DNA of 64,000 nt. Source: the human T2T-CHM13v2.0 reference genome, Homo sapiens. A program made the position numbers and the translations under genes. The notes under the pieces are model-generated. The model was not told the DNA's origin. It did not search any database and saw nothing but the letters and a program-made list of their open reading frames with translations. The stretch lies in assembly GCF_009914755.1 (NCBI RefSeq), contig NC_060928.1, one strand, 5' to 3'. Shown piece after piece: positions 27,193 to 39,600 of the stretch. Positions within the stretch are counted from its first letter, which is position 1. Every line of letters begins with the position of its first letter.

Positions 27193-27475
27193 TTTTCCAA
27201 AATAAAAGTGTATTTTAAAAACTTAGCACAAAAATAGTATAAGCTTACATTACATTCCTGTGATTATGATGTAATAACACATAGCACAACCTATACTATA
27301 TTCTTACCAAAAAAAGTCTCATCTCAAATATGAGAAAATAACAATAATTATCTCTAATTATGGGGAAAGAACAAAACGAATATAGACTTGGCATATTCTA
27401 TTAGACAACTGGTGGGGGTTTGAGGGAAAAAAAGGCAATACTTTGAAATATTCAAAAATAGAGAAGGTTGGAGTG

Positions 27476-27917
27476 TGTATTAGTTCCCTAAGACTGCCCT
27501 ATCAAATCACCACACATTTAGTGGCTTAAAACAAAATGATTTATTCTTTCATAGCTCTGGAGAGAGGAAGTCCAAAATCAAGGTGTCATCGGATCAGTGC
27601 TCCCTTTGTACGCTCCAGAGGGAAATTCTTCCTTGCCTCTTCCACGTTCTGTTGGCACCTGGTGTTCCTTTGCTTGTGGCTGCATCCCCCTCTTTGCCTC
27701 TGTCTTCACATGGCCTGTCTTCTCTTCTGTTTCTTATAAGGACGCTTGTCATTAGATTTAAGACCCAGCTAGATAATTCAGGATGATTTTATCTCAAAAT
27801 CCTTAACGTAATTACATTTGAGAAGACACATTTGCCCTTGTTTTTTAAAGTAGGGTCACATTCACATGTTCTGGGGCATGAATATATGTTTTTTGGGCCA
27901 CTATGTAAGCCACCACA
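27476..27917 (-). mobile_element. MLT1C-like MaLR solo LTR
   Basis: tgtattagttccctaagactgcc...ggcttaaaacaa...gaagtccaaaatcaaggtgtc...cttataaggacgcttgtcattagatttaag...gccaccaca. Confidence 0.88.
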
Positions 27918-28325
27918 GGAGAAAGCCAAGGTTACCAGATGTTAAGGAGACATGAAAATTACATGCAGTTGCAGTGAGCTACGCTTGGTTGGATATGGAT
28001 GGGAGAATGCCTAGGGAGACATTAATGAAACAGTTATGACATTGTAAAATAAAATATATTTATTACATATTATTTATTGTATCAATATTATATTTCTTAA
28101 ATATAATAATGATATTTTTATTATATGGGGAAGAGAACACTGGTTCTTAGGGGTGAAATGTAGATATAATTGAATTTGAAATAATGTCTATAGCTTATTC
28201 TCAAATAGTAAAAAAAGTATTATGTGTGTATAGGTGCACAAGCATGCATGTATAAAACAGAGCCATATGTAATGAAAGAGAGAAATGAAAGCAAGTCTAA
28301 TTTTAGACAAGTTTTTACTGCATTC

Positions 28326-28616
28326 TTTTTTTTTTGAGATGGAATCTCGCTCTGTCACCCAGGCTGGAGTGCAGTGGCGCTGTCTCGGCTCACTGCAAGC
28401 TCCGCCTCCTGAGTTCATGCCATTCTTCTGCCTCAGCCTCCCGAGTAGCTGGGATTACAGGAGCCCGCCACCACGCCCGGCTAATTTTTTGTATTTTTTA
28501 ATAGCGACGGGGTTCCATGGTGTTAGCCAGATGGTCTCGATCTCCTGACCTCGTGATCTGCCCTCCTCGGCCTCCCAAAGTGCGGGGATTACTGGCGTGA
28601 GCCACCGCGCCCAGCC
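28326..28616 (-). mobile_element. AluY-like SINE
   Basis: Antisense dimer with gcaagctccgcctcc, gatggtctcgatctcctgacctcgtgatc and several CpGs retained. TSD TTTTACTG(C/T)ATT on both sides (28313-28324, 28617-28628). Confidence 0.96.
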
Positions 28617-29002
28617 TTTTACTGTATTGTTTTATTTGATATCGGTTAATTTTTATTTAAAATTATTTAGGAAAACAAAATAATACATTAGTAATTTTCT
28701 ATCTGTTTTTATATTAAAGAAAAGAACTGTGACTCAAGATTTACAGATAAAACATGGTTGACCTTTAAACAATGTAGTGATTAGAGGCACTGACTCCCTG
28801 CCCAGCCGAAAATCCTCAGGTAACATTTTACTCCCCCTAAACTTAACTACTAATAGCTGACTGTTAACTGAAAGCACATTAATTATATATACTGTTGATT
28901 AACACATTTTTAATGTTATATGTACTATATGCTGTGTTCTTACAATCAAGTAAGCTAGAACAAAGAAATGTTATTAGGAAAATCATGAGGAAGAAAATGT
29001 GT

Positions 29003-31060
29003 TTATTGTTCATTAAGTGGAAATGAACCATCATAAGGATACTCATCTGCCTGGTCTTCACATTGAACAGGCTGAGGAGGAGGAGGAAGAGAAAAGGTTG
29101 TTCTTTCTTTCTCAGGGATGGCAGATATATAAGAGGTGGAGGAAGTGTAAAGGGAGTAATGAGAGACAGGCACACTTGGTGTATCTTTGTGTAAATACTT
29201 CACAATTTCTGTTTGACATTTTTGCTTTTTCATGTCTCTAAAAATGTTTCTATATGGTACCAATCCTCATTCCATTGTTTGCTTTAGTTTCGGTGCCCGT
29301 ATCATAGAAAGATCCATTCACTAAAGAAGTTGAAAGTGATCTTGAATAATTGAAGTCTTTCTGCCAGATTATCTCATATTAACTTGTTTTTCACACTGCT
29401 TCGAGTCTTGTTCCTCATCGTCTAGCACTTAGTGGCATTCACAGCCATTAAGTCATCTCCTGTTAATTCCTCTGATGTGGTATTTATACACTTCTGAATT
29501 TCCTTATTATCCATACCTAAAACCCTTCATTTCTCACCCTCTTTTTATTTTTACCATATCCACAATATCTTTTATGATTGCCTTCATTGGCTCTGTCATA
29601 AATACTGTGAATAGTGCTCAACATCTGAACACAGTTTTCTGCAGCAGAAATATATTATTTCAGACTTGATGGCTTTCTCTATAAGAATAGTGACATTTTC
29701 AATGATGTAATCCTTCTAGACTTTGATGATCTCTCTAGCAGATTCTCTTCCATGGAAGTGACAATACTTTCCATAGAGTACCATGTATAATGAATCTTAA
29801 AGTTCCTTATAACCCTCCAATCTAGAGTCTGAATTACAGGTTGTGTTTGGAGGAAGGTAGACCACTTCAATGTCTTCAGTGTTGAACTCATGGGGCTCTG
29901 GCGGCTAGAGGCATTGTCCAATATCAAAAGAACATTAAAAGACACTTCCTCTGAGTTCCTGATGAGGTACTTCCTGACTTCACTGACAGAGCATCCTTGG
30001 AATCAATCCAGAAAAATGGTTTTGACTGTCCAGGCAGCTAGGGTGTATCTTTTCCCTTCAGGGTTTGGGGCTTAGTAGCTTTATAAATAAGGACAATCCT
30101 AGTTATAAATCTAAGTGAATTGGCACAAAACAGTACAGTTGACTCTTGAACAATATGAATACGAGGTGAGCTACATAGGTCCACTTATTCACAGATTTAT
30201 TTTTCAACTAAAATATTGAAGTATTTGTGAGATGCAAAATCTGCATATATAGAGGACTGACTTTTGCTACACACAAGTTTTACAGGGCCAACTGTGGGAC
30301 TTGAGTATGCATGAATTTCGTTATATGCTGAGGGTCCTGGTCCCAATCCCCCACATTTACTGAAGCACAACTGTAGAGCTAGCTATCCAGTCCTGCCTTA
30401 GATCCTGGTGCTCATTTTTCATTCTTACTAATAAATTTCCATTATTACATCTTTTCTTCTAAACTGGGCAGTTTTGTCTTCAATAAAAACCTGCTCAGGC
30501 AGACATCCTTTCTCCTCAATGATTTTCATACTGATGTCTGGGAACTTGTCTGCTTCTTCTCCATCAGAAGAAGCTGCTTCTCCTGATATTGTGAAATTTT
30601 CTTAAGCCAAACCTCTTTCTAAAATTATTAAACTATCCTTTGCTGGCATTAAACTCACCAGCTTTAGATCCCTCACCTTCCTTTTGCTTTAAATTGTCAT
30701 GTAACTATTTCACGTCTTCTCAAATCATTTTAAAGTTCATAGGTATGTATTTCTTGTAGAACTCCTTCACTCACATAAAAGCTATATTTTCAATAGGATA
30801 TTAAAAGCTATTTCACAAAAAGTGGAAGGTTGTTGAACCTGCTGGTATAGCTGCAGCATGGGCTTCACAAATTGTTTTTATTTATTTACAATGGCCCTTA
30901 CGCTAAATTTCTTTATCTTGAAACGATAAGTAACAACAACTGCAGAGCTCAACCTATGGTACATATCAAGCAATTCAACTTTCTCTTTTAATGTAATGAC
31001 TTTTCTCTGCTTCTTGGGAACACTTCCAGCATTACTAGTGCCACTTCATATAGATGCCAT
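29003..31060 (-). pseudogene. Disrupted Tigger2 transposase (CENP-B-type HTH + DDE)
   Basis: ATG at 31060 with an in-frame TGA at codon 5, then KKQRKVITLKEKVELLDMY (HTH). An 'ISKNEK*APGSKAG...LLFCAN' region is split by MER8. VLLILDNA (DDE motif) lies in ORF 29679..29945 and C-terminal VPYRNIFRDMKKQK in ORF 29003..29263. Many stops and frameshifts. Confidence 0.88.
30136..30373 (-). mobile_element. MER8 non-autonomous Tigger2-family element nested in Tigger2
   Basis: 238 bp; ends CAGTTGACTCTTGAACAA...CACAACTG. TA duplication at 30134-30135 and 30374-30375. The flanks rejoin as continuous transposase sequence (cacaaaacagta|gagctagc). Confidence 0.9.
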
Positions 31061-32834
31061 GGTGTTATTCAAGGTTTGTAATATTGCTCTAAACACAATT
31101 AAAGATACATAAAAATCAAGAGAAATCACTTTGTACTGCAATATGTGATTTTCTTGACAGATGAACTGCTCATGAGAAGATGATTAGTGCCACACAGCGT
31201 TTTAAGTGGATACTCAAACTACTTGAGCTCAACACAATAGGAATGGGAGATGGCTACAAAATTATTATAGTAATACAGTATGCACTACAGTTAATTTTAT
31301 GTAGCTATTATTTAATACTACATTTTTGTGCTTGTTTACATTTGTATGTACTGCAGATGGCACCATGTGAGTTCTGACAATAGTTGAGTGCATAAGTTTT
31401 GACACATTTAAACTTTTTATAACAGGTTTATATTTATATTTTATTATATAAATGATAGAATAGACCGTTATCTACATATATTTTATGCATTCAAGACATA
31501 TCTAAACTTTTTTTGATATTTCTAAGCTATATGGTTCATCTGTGAGTTTTTTGAAATTGGTACACATCTCCAAAAATTTTTCAATATGTTTATTGAAAAA
31601 AATATGCATATAAGTGGATCTGCATAGTTCAATTCTGAGTTGCTCAAGGGTCAACTATACTTTTTCCCCCACCACTAAAATTTATGTAGTTAACAATCTT
31701 AGGAATTAGTCAAACCGTAAAGGCTGAAACTTTTATCCACAGAAATTAATGGTTTTTAAAATTTATGCAAAAGATAGCATATTCACTTATTAAACAAATA
31801 ATATTTGGATAATAACTAAAGAATTATGTGGGAAGATTTACATATCTAACAAACAATAAGATTTTAAAAGCAAAATATTAAGTTTTAGGGAAAACACACA
31901 ATGTTGAATATGTCAATAAATGTTTTTATCATTTACTTTTGATAATATATCAGACATTCATATATAATTATATTTTAGGATCCAACTAATTAAAAAATAT
32001 TTCATTTCCTAAAATAGAAAAAAATAGCTGCAGAAAACCCAGTATAGATAGTTCAATTTTGTCCACTCTCTGGCACTTACAGCTGTTGTCTCCTCTGTTC
32101 AGCACTAATCTACGTACTTAGTGAACGGTGAGAGAATTGTCATTTATATTACTTAATTATGTCAATTTTTCACATTCCAGGGATTTGCTGAATATTACTT
32201 CAATTAATGACTGCAGATACCCTTACATGGAAATATAAGGCAGTTATCGCCAAATAAAGTGCTGTATTGTGTGTACGTTAAAGAATGGGTATGCTTTAGA
32301 ATATCTGAACAGTTTATTTTTTATTTATGAAGGTCACTAGTGAATATAATCGATCGAAATGTGACTTGTTTTCAATAAGGGTCTTGATTGAGCAATCAAT
32401 AGACAAGTGCATTTCAGACTGCAATTCCAAAGGTCCTTGGAAGCATTCTATTTGGTGGTTTGAGTCAGAAGAATACAACCCTAACCACATAACAATTTTT
32501 TTAAAAGTATGCCAAGGCCTATTTTCTAAAAGGGTACATAAAATTATGAGTTTTTTTTAATTTCAAAAAGCCACTGACTATAAATAACAACATTTTTTTT
32601 CTATTAAAAAGTTTATGGTTATCCTCTTTCGTTTTCTGTAGCTTTCCATTTAGTCAATTAAAATAAATTAATTGGAAACATTTGAGTTTATCTTACTTAC
32701 CAAACAAAGTTTATCTTACTTTGAAATATGTACCAAAATTATTGTTATCTAAGACTCTGTGGGATCTATGCATTTCAGTCATTTATGTATTCCTCTTTTG
32801 TTTATATCATTTTAATGGAACAGAGATGCACAAC

Positions 32835-33189
32835 TAGGCCCCTCATTAGGGAAGGATTTTGTGCCAGTGTTGCTGGGAGGGCCATCTGCTGTCTTTTTGT
32901 TTGAATCTACCATCTTTTTGCGAATGGTCTCAGCTACTTTCCCACCATTTCAGTCTAAAGTAGGACAACTATGACAGACTACTTTAGTCTCAAGCTCTCA
33001 GAAGTGTTGGCTAAGAATACAATGAGGCTTCCTTTGCAGCATACCTTTTACCTTTACCCATTCTAGCCCTGCCAAGCCCTCTAACTCTAAACCACATACA
33101 TGTGGTGAGTCCAAGAGCATTCTCAATAATCATCTTACACACTACGCTGTGTTCCAGACTCTGTTTGTTAAAGAACTTAAAATGCAACA
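32835..33189 (+). mobile_element. LTR16-like ERVL LTR relic
   Basis: 3' end ccaagagcattctcaataatcatcttacacac...ccagactctgtttgttaaagaacttaaaatgcaaca resembles the LTR16 terminus. Confidence 0.5.
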
Positions 33190-33194
33190 AACAT

Positions 33195-33600
33195 GTTAAA
33201 AATCTCATTACTGCTTCATTTTTGTAATAACATTTAATTTAGATATTTTCCATATATTGGCCCTGCTGAAATAGAATATAGCATCTTTCATATGGTGGGA
33301 ACCAATGAGGAAACTTTCCTTTAACTCCCTTTTTACACTTTATGGTAAGTGGCAGGGGGGGAAAATGCATTAGATCATTTCTAGGCAAAATTGTGAAGCT
33401 AATGACCAACTGTTTCTACCTATATGCAGTCTGTTTATTTGACTAGAAATGAGAATCATGGCTTCTTGAAGAGAAAAAAAGTCACCATTCTGCATTTAGC
33501 TGTATTCATATATTGCATTTCTGTATTTTTTGTTTGTATTGTAAAAAATTCACATAATAAACAATGTTGTGATGTAAAAAAGAAAAAAAAAGAAAACAAA
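33195..33600 (+). pseudogene. 5'-truncated processed retrocopy of an mRNA 3' UTR end (parent tentatively recalled as MBNL3; unverified)
   Basis: Non-TE, U-rich 3'-UTR-like sequence. AATAAA at 33556-33561, a 14-nt spacer, then a genomic A-tail at 33576-33600. No clear TSD, and the left edge is approximate. Confidence 0.75.
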
Positions 33601-33814
33601 TTGAAGTGACTGAGTCTTCATACTTAGAAATCCAATTCCTGCATTATATGTTTGTTTTTTAAAAAAATTAATTTGCAAATTGCCTTAACCCTTAAGTTAT
33701 GTTATTTTAAACTACTTCTTGTGTGGAGACATTTTATCCTTTCTGAATATTAAGCTTAGTGCTGCCAGATTTAGTGTAACCTTATAGTATTATCTCAACA
33801 TATCTGTGAACTGA

Positions 33815-35489
33815 GGATGGCTGCACAGAACCAAGGTGGAGTAACATGATCTGTACTTACCCTCCCCCTAAAAGAACCTCAAAACAAAACAAATAAAATT
33901 GGAATCAATGGTTCTCATTCACTAGATATCAAGCAGAGGCACGGTGACTTTTGAGAGATGAAAAGCAACAGAGGTTAGCCTTACCATCGCTCAAATTTAC
34001 TGCTTGAGAGAGTTTTCAGGCTTTTGCGCAGGGAGAAAGAACCCATGTGGAACTAAACAGAATTGAGAGAAAAAAAAAATCCATATGAACATCTCAGTAG
34101 ATGCAGAAACATCATTTCACAAAACCCAACATAACTTTTTTTAAAAACTTTTCAGCAAATTAGGAATACAGGATAATCTTTTTCAACCTGATGAGATGTA
34201 TCTACGAAATATCTACAGTTAGTACTTAATGGTGAAATTCATCATACTTAAATAAATCACACTTAATGGTGAAATTCTGAATTCCTACACCAAAACTCCC
34301 TCACAAAATCAGGAAAAATACAAAGATGTCAGCTCCGGTCACTTCTATTCAACATTATTTTGGAGGTTCTATTCAATAAAATAAAAAGAAAAATGAATAA
34401 AACACACATAGACTGGAAAGAAGGAGTAAAACTATTATTATTTCCAAGACCACATGGGCAATTATATAGAAAATCCACTAAGATCTATAAAAAGTTACAC
34501 AAAATCATAAGTAAATTTGGCAAACTTGGTAGGAAGTTACATCACTGTTTTGAAAATTGTGCTTCTATTTACTATCAATGAAAAAACCAGAAACTAAAAT
34601 TTTTAAAATACTGTTTACAATATTATCAAGAAATAAATAGGCTGTAGGGATAAATTTGACAAAATATGTCAGAGACCTTTCTATTCAAAACTGTAAAACA
34701 CTATTAAGATAATTTAAAGGAGACCTAAAAACATGAAAAATATTATGTGCCCCAGTGTCAGAACACTCAAATGTTAAGATTTAAATTATCTCTATTTTTT
34801 TTCTGTGGAATCAAGACAATTTCAATCAAAACTCCATTATCATTTGTACAAAGTGGCAAACTAATTCACAAATTCATAGGGCCTTTCAAAGAAACTAGAA
34901 TACCCAAAACAAATGTGAAAAAGGAAAAATAAATTTATTTATAGTCTCTGACTTTTAGACTTATTATAAAGCTACTCTAATCAAGACAACATAGTATGGT
35001 GTAAAAATAAGCAAATATGTAAATGGGACTGAATATCAAGCCAAAATAGAGGCACACTGATATGAATAACAATTTTAACACGTTTCTGATATAACTGGAT
35101 ATACATATGCAAAAAACCCACAAAATTTTTTAAAAATAAACAAAGATATTCTAAACCACATCTCACACTATATATAAAAACTTTACAATTTCTAGAAAGA
35201 AAACAACCTTTGTCTTCTTGGAGTAATCAAACATTTCTTAGCTACAACACTGGGAGCACAATTTATAAAATAACAAATTGATATACTGAACCTCATTAAA
35301 ATTAAGAATTGCTCTTCCAATGATTCTGATAAAAGAATAAAAACACAAACTAGATAGTGGATTACAAAATTGCAAACTATATATTTGATAAAGATTTTTT
35401 ATCTAGAACATATAAACAACTACCAAAACTCAATAATAAGAAAATGAAAAAACACAGTAAGAAATGGGCAGAACATTTGAACAAACACT
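33815..35489 (+). mobile_element. Old L1 (L1MD/ME-age): 5' end fused to mid-ORF2; resumes at 41881
   Basis: ccaaggtggagtaacatgatctgtacttaccctccc (old L1 5' end) runs to ~34070. It is followed by atctcagtagatgcagaaacatcatttcacaaaaccc ([13 protein letters not shown]) and downstream ORF2. Confidence 0.75.
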
Positions 35490-36614
35490 CTTAATAAGGT
35501 ACAAGCCATTGGCAATGATCTTGCCACCACCAGTAGCAGGGCCACTCTGCATTTAAAAGTGCCATGAAGAAAGGGTATCCTCTTATAGTCACCACCTGGA
35601 AGCTCCTGTTACTGCTGCTGCCAATTACAGCTACTCCACCTTCCCCAGCATCAGGACCACAGTGTAGACACTACTGCCCCGAATCAAACATTCTGCTAGA
35701 GCCTGGGAATTACCCTGTTCTTGCATACAACAGCTAGAACTGACTGGCATGCAATATGTGGGGGCCTGGGCAAAGTTCTCTGTCTTGGCTCTACCCTCCC
35801 TGCACCTGAGCAAACTGTCCAGGGGACCAGAGACAAACCTGACCCATTCAACTGATACCTGAGCACTTCTCCACCAAACTGCTGCTACTACCATATCACA
35901 GCAGGCACCACACATCCACACATGCCACCTCTGAGCCTGGGGACTGGCCCACCCCGTCCATCATAGCCCCTGCCAATACCAGAATGAACTGCCTAGGAGC
36001 CAGATGATTGTCCCACCACAGCTACTGCCATTGCCAACATCATGCCAGCTTCTCAGTATCCTGAGGAACTGCCTACCAACTTAGCACACTGCTGCCACCG
36101 GTGGCACCCAAGCAAGGTGCCTGGGAGCCCAAGACCTTATCTACCTAGACCAGCTAACATTGGAGCCAGCATATATCATCCTGACACTTAAGGATGGGCA
36201 TGATTGGCCTGCGGCTGTCCCCACTAAAGCCTGAGGACTGGTTCACCTGATGTGCCCATCCCCAGCAAAACTGTACCACAGCTTACACTAACAACCACAC
36301 CGAGGCCACTGAAGAAATCACAAACATTACTGACACTTTTTACATATGAATAAATCATACAGAGTCTACTCTACTGCACAAACACAGAATCACACCCAAA
36401 ATGCCCTACCCAACCAATGGCATAGATACATATTTGGGAAAAAGCCTTACCCTGTGAAAGCAAGTTCAAAAAAATTGGAAGGAGTCACTTTATGTCAGAT
36501 GCACAGATACAAACATAAGCACACAATAAACGTGATAGAGCAAGGCAATAGAACAGCTCTAATGGAACACAATAATTATTAAGTAAAGATTCCAATAAAT
36601 ACATTTATATGCTT

Positions 36615-36663
36615 TCCAGCCTGGGTGACAGAGCAAGATTCTGTGTCAAAACAAAGCAAAAAA
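36615..36663 (+). mobile_element. Severely 5'-truncated Alu (last ~33 nt + tail)
   Basis: tccagcctgggtgacagagcaagattctgtgtc followed by aaaacaaagcaaaaaa, inside the L1 5' UTR/ORF1 start region. Confidence 0.8.
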
Positions 36664-39600
36664 CAGAAAATTTCTAAAATCCTGGAAAAAATAATTCAAA
36701 ATAATGATATTAAAGAAGTTGTGTGATACACATAATAACATGGAAAATAAGCAATAGAAAGAAATTTTAAAAATCAGTGTATGAATAAGCAGTTTATCAA
36801 AAAGATTGATATCATTAAGAACAAAATAGATATTATAGAATTAAAACATTCATTGAATGAAAGCTTCAACAATAGACTATATCAAGCAGAATAGAAAAAT
36901 GTAGAAATTAAAGACAGCTCTTTTAAAATAACTCATTTAGACAAAAATAATTTAAAAATAATTTAAAAGAATAAACAAAGCCTATGTGACACATAGAACA
37001 CCATAATGTGACCAAATATTATAACTGTTAGTGTGTTAGAAGGCAAAGAAAAAGTGAAAAGGAAAAAAAATCTATTTAACAAAATAACTGCTGAAAACTT
37101 CCCAAGTCTTACAAGAGATTAAGACATCCAGATACAGAAAACTCATAGATCCCCAAACAGATACAGTTTCAAAATGTCTTCTCCATGGCATATTATAATC
37201 AAATTGTCAAAAGTCAAAGACAAAGAGGCAATTCTAAAAATAGCAAGAGAAAAGCATCCAGTCATTTATGAGAGAAACCCCATCAGACTAATAGCAGATT
37301 TCTCAGCAGAAACCCTACAGGTAGGGAATGGAATGGTATATTCAAAGATCTGAGAGATCACCACCAAAGATACTAGACTCAGTGAAGTTTTTTTTCATAA
37401 ATGAAGAAGAAATAATGTCTTTCCTACAGAAAAAGAAGCTGAGTAAATTCATCACCACTAGATGAGACATGTAAGAAACTCTTAAATCCTATAACTGGAA
37501 GTAAAAGGACAATATTTATCATCGTTAAATTACATGAAGGTATAAAGTCCACCTGTAGAGCAAACACACAAATGAAGAAAAGATAAAATGTTACCACTAC
37601 AGACAACCATGAAACCACAATGATAAAGAATATGAGAGAAAGGAAGGAAATTTCACAAAACAATCGAAATCAATTCGTAAAATTACCAGAATAAGCTCTC
37701 ATATATTAATAATAACGTTGAATATTAATGTATTAAACTTCTCACTTACAAGATATACACTGGCTATATAGATATAAAACATGACCCATGGATATGCTGT
37801 CTGCAAGAAACTGAGATTATCTGTAAAGATATGTATAGACAGAAAGTAAATCATTGGAAAAAGACATTCCATACAAATAGAAACCAATAATGATTAGGAG
37901 TAGCTACACTAATGTTAGATAAAACAAACTTTAAGTTAAAAACAGTTCAAGCAAGACAAAGGAGGTAATTATATAATAATAAATAAATAAATTTCAGAAA
38001 AATCAGAAAGGATTTAACAAGTCTAAACATATGCCCCCAAAACCAGCACACCCAGATACATAAAGAAAATATTATTAGATCTAAAGAGAGAGAGAGGGAT
38101 AAACTTCAATACAGTAATAGTTGGAGAGTTCAACATCCTTCTTCTGCATTAGAAAGTTTATTTACACAGAAAACAAAGAAATACTAGCATTTAGCTGCAC
38201 ACTAGACTTCTATAGAAAATTTTATTCAGCAGCTAGAAAACATATCCTCCTCATCAGTATATGGAACTTTTTTTTATGATAGACCATATGGTAGGACAAA
38301 AAAGAAGTCTTAACAATGTTTAGAAAATGAAAATCATATCTAATTTATTCTCAGATAGAAATAGAATAGCATTAATATTCAATAACAAGAGGAACTTCAG
38401 AAACTGTATGAGTACATAGAAATTATACAATACGCTTCTGAATGACCACTGAGTCAAGGAAGAAATTAAGGAAAAAAGAGTTTTAAAGTTGAAGCAAATG
38501 AAAATCAAAACACAACTTACCAAAATCTATAGGATACTGCAAAAGCCGTTATAAAAAGGAAGTTTATAGCAATATACACATATTGAAAAATAGAAGATTC
38601 TAAATAAACTATCTAAAATGTATCTCAGGGAACTAGAAATAGAATAAAAGAAACAATAAAGAACAGAGCAGAACTAAATAAAATTGAGACTAAAAAAATA
38701 CAGAAGATCAAAAAAATAAAAATTTGGTTTTATGAAAAGGTATACAAAATTAGAAAATTTTTAGCTAGAATAAAAGTAAAAGAGAGAAGACCCAAATAAA
38801 TATAATTAGAAATAAAAGGAAACACTACAACTGATACCCCAGAAATACAAAATATCATCAGAGATTAATATAAACAACAATGTACTAATGAGTTAAAAAA
38901 CATATAGGAAATTGATAAATTCCTGACACATACAACCTACCAAGGTTGAATCAAGAAGAAATAGAAAACTGTAACTAATGAATAATTACTAATGCAACTA
39001 AATTAGTAATAAAAGTCTTAGAAGTCCAAGGCGGAATGGCTTCACTACTAAGTTCTTCCAAACTTACACAGAAGAACTAAAACCAATTATCCCAAAGTAT
39101 CCTAAGAAATTGAAAAAGAAAGAATGTTCCCTAATTCATTCTATGAGGCCAGCACTACCTTGATACCAAAACCAGGCAAGAATGCAACTAAGATACAAAA
39201 CTACAGGTTAATGTTCCTCATGAACATAAGACACAAAAGGTCTCAACAAAACACTGGCAAGCTGAGTTCAGTAATACATCAAAAAAAATACACCATGATT
39301 AAGTGTAACTTATCCCAGAGATATAAGGATTATCCAGTATACACAAATCAACAAATGTGACATATCACATCTTCAGAATGAAGAACAAAAACTATCTTAT
39401 CATCTCAGTAGATGCAGAAAGAAAACATTTGATAAAATTCAACACACCTTGATGATAAAAACTCTCAACAAAGAGGCATGAAGGGAACATATCTCAACTT
39501 AACAAGGCCCATATATAATAAATGTGCAGCTAACATTATATTGAAATGCAGAAAGCTTAATATTTTTTTCTTTTAAGAATGGAAACAAGATAAGGGAGTC

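Larger units (their letters stand above)
22131..27215 (+). mobile_element. L1MC/L1MD-age element: 5' end, ORF1 remnant, most of ORF2 deleted, long 3' UTR; carries MLT1B, an ERVL LTR and MER47 insertions
   Basis: 5'-end-like start (ctttccgtttcagctcaaagaggtaaagagctgg). ORF1 motifs (catcaaggcatataatattcaaactactgaagccaaag; atatccttcaaaagtgaaggacaaataaa). Jump at ~24980 to the ORF2 end (gccactacagaaaacagtttgacag). L1MC3-like 3' UTR (gactaaggagacataacggctaaatgcaac; tatcctggattggatc) ending ccaaaataaaag. Confidence 0.7.
28755..31657 (-). mobile_element. Near full-length Tigger2 (pogo/TcMar DNA transposon)
   Basis: TIRs tggttgacctttaaacaa (28755) and ttgctcaagggtcaacta (ends 31657) followed by TA. 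Tigger2a-like subterminal sequence. Transposase remnants on the minus strand. About 2.66 kb remains after removing the nested MER8. Confidence 0.92.
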
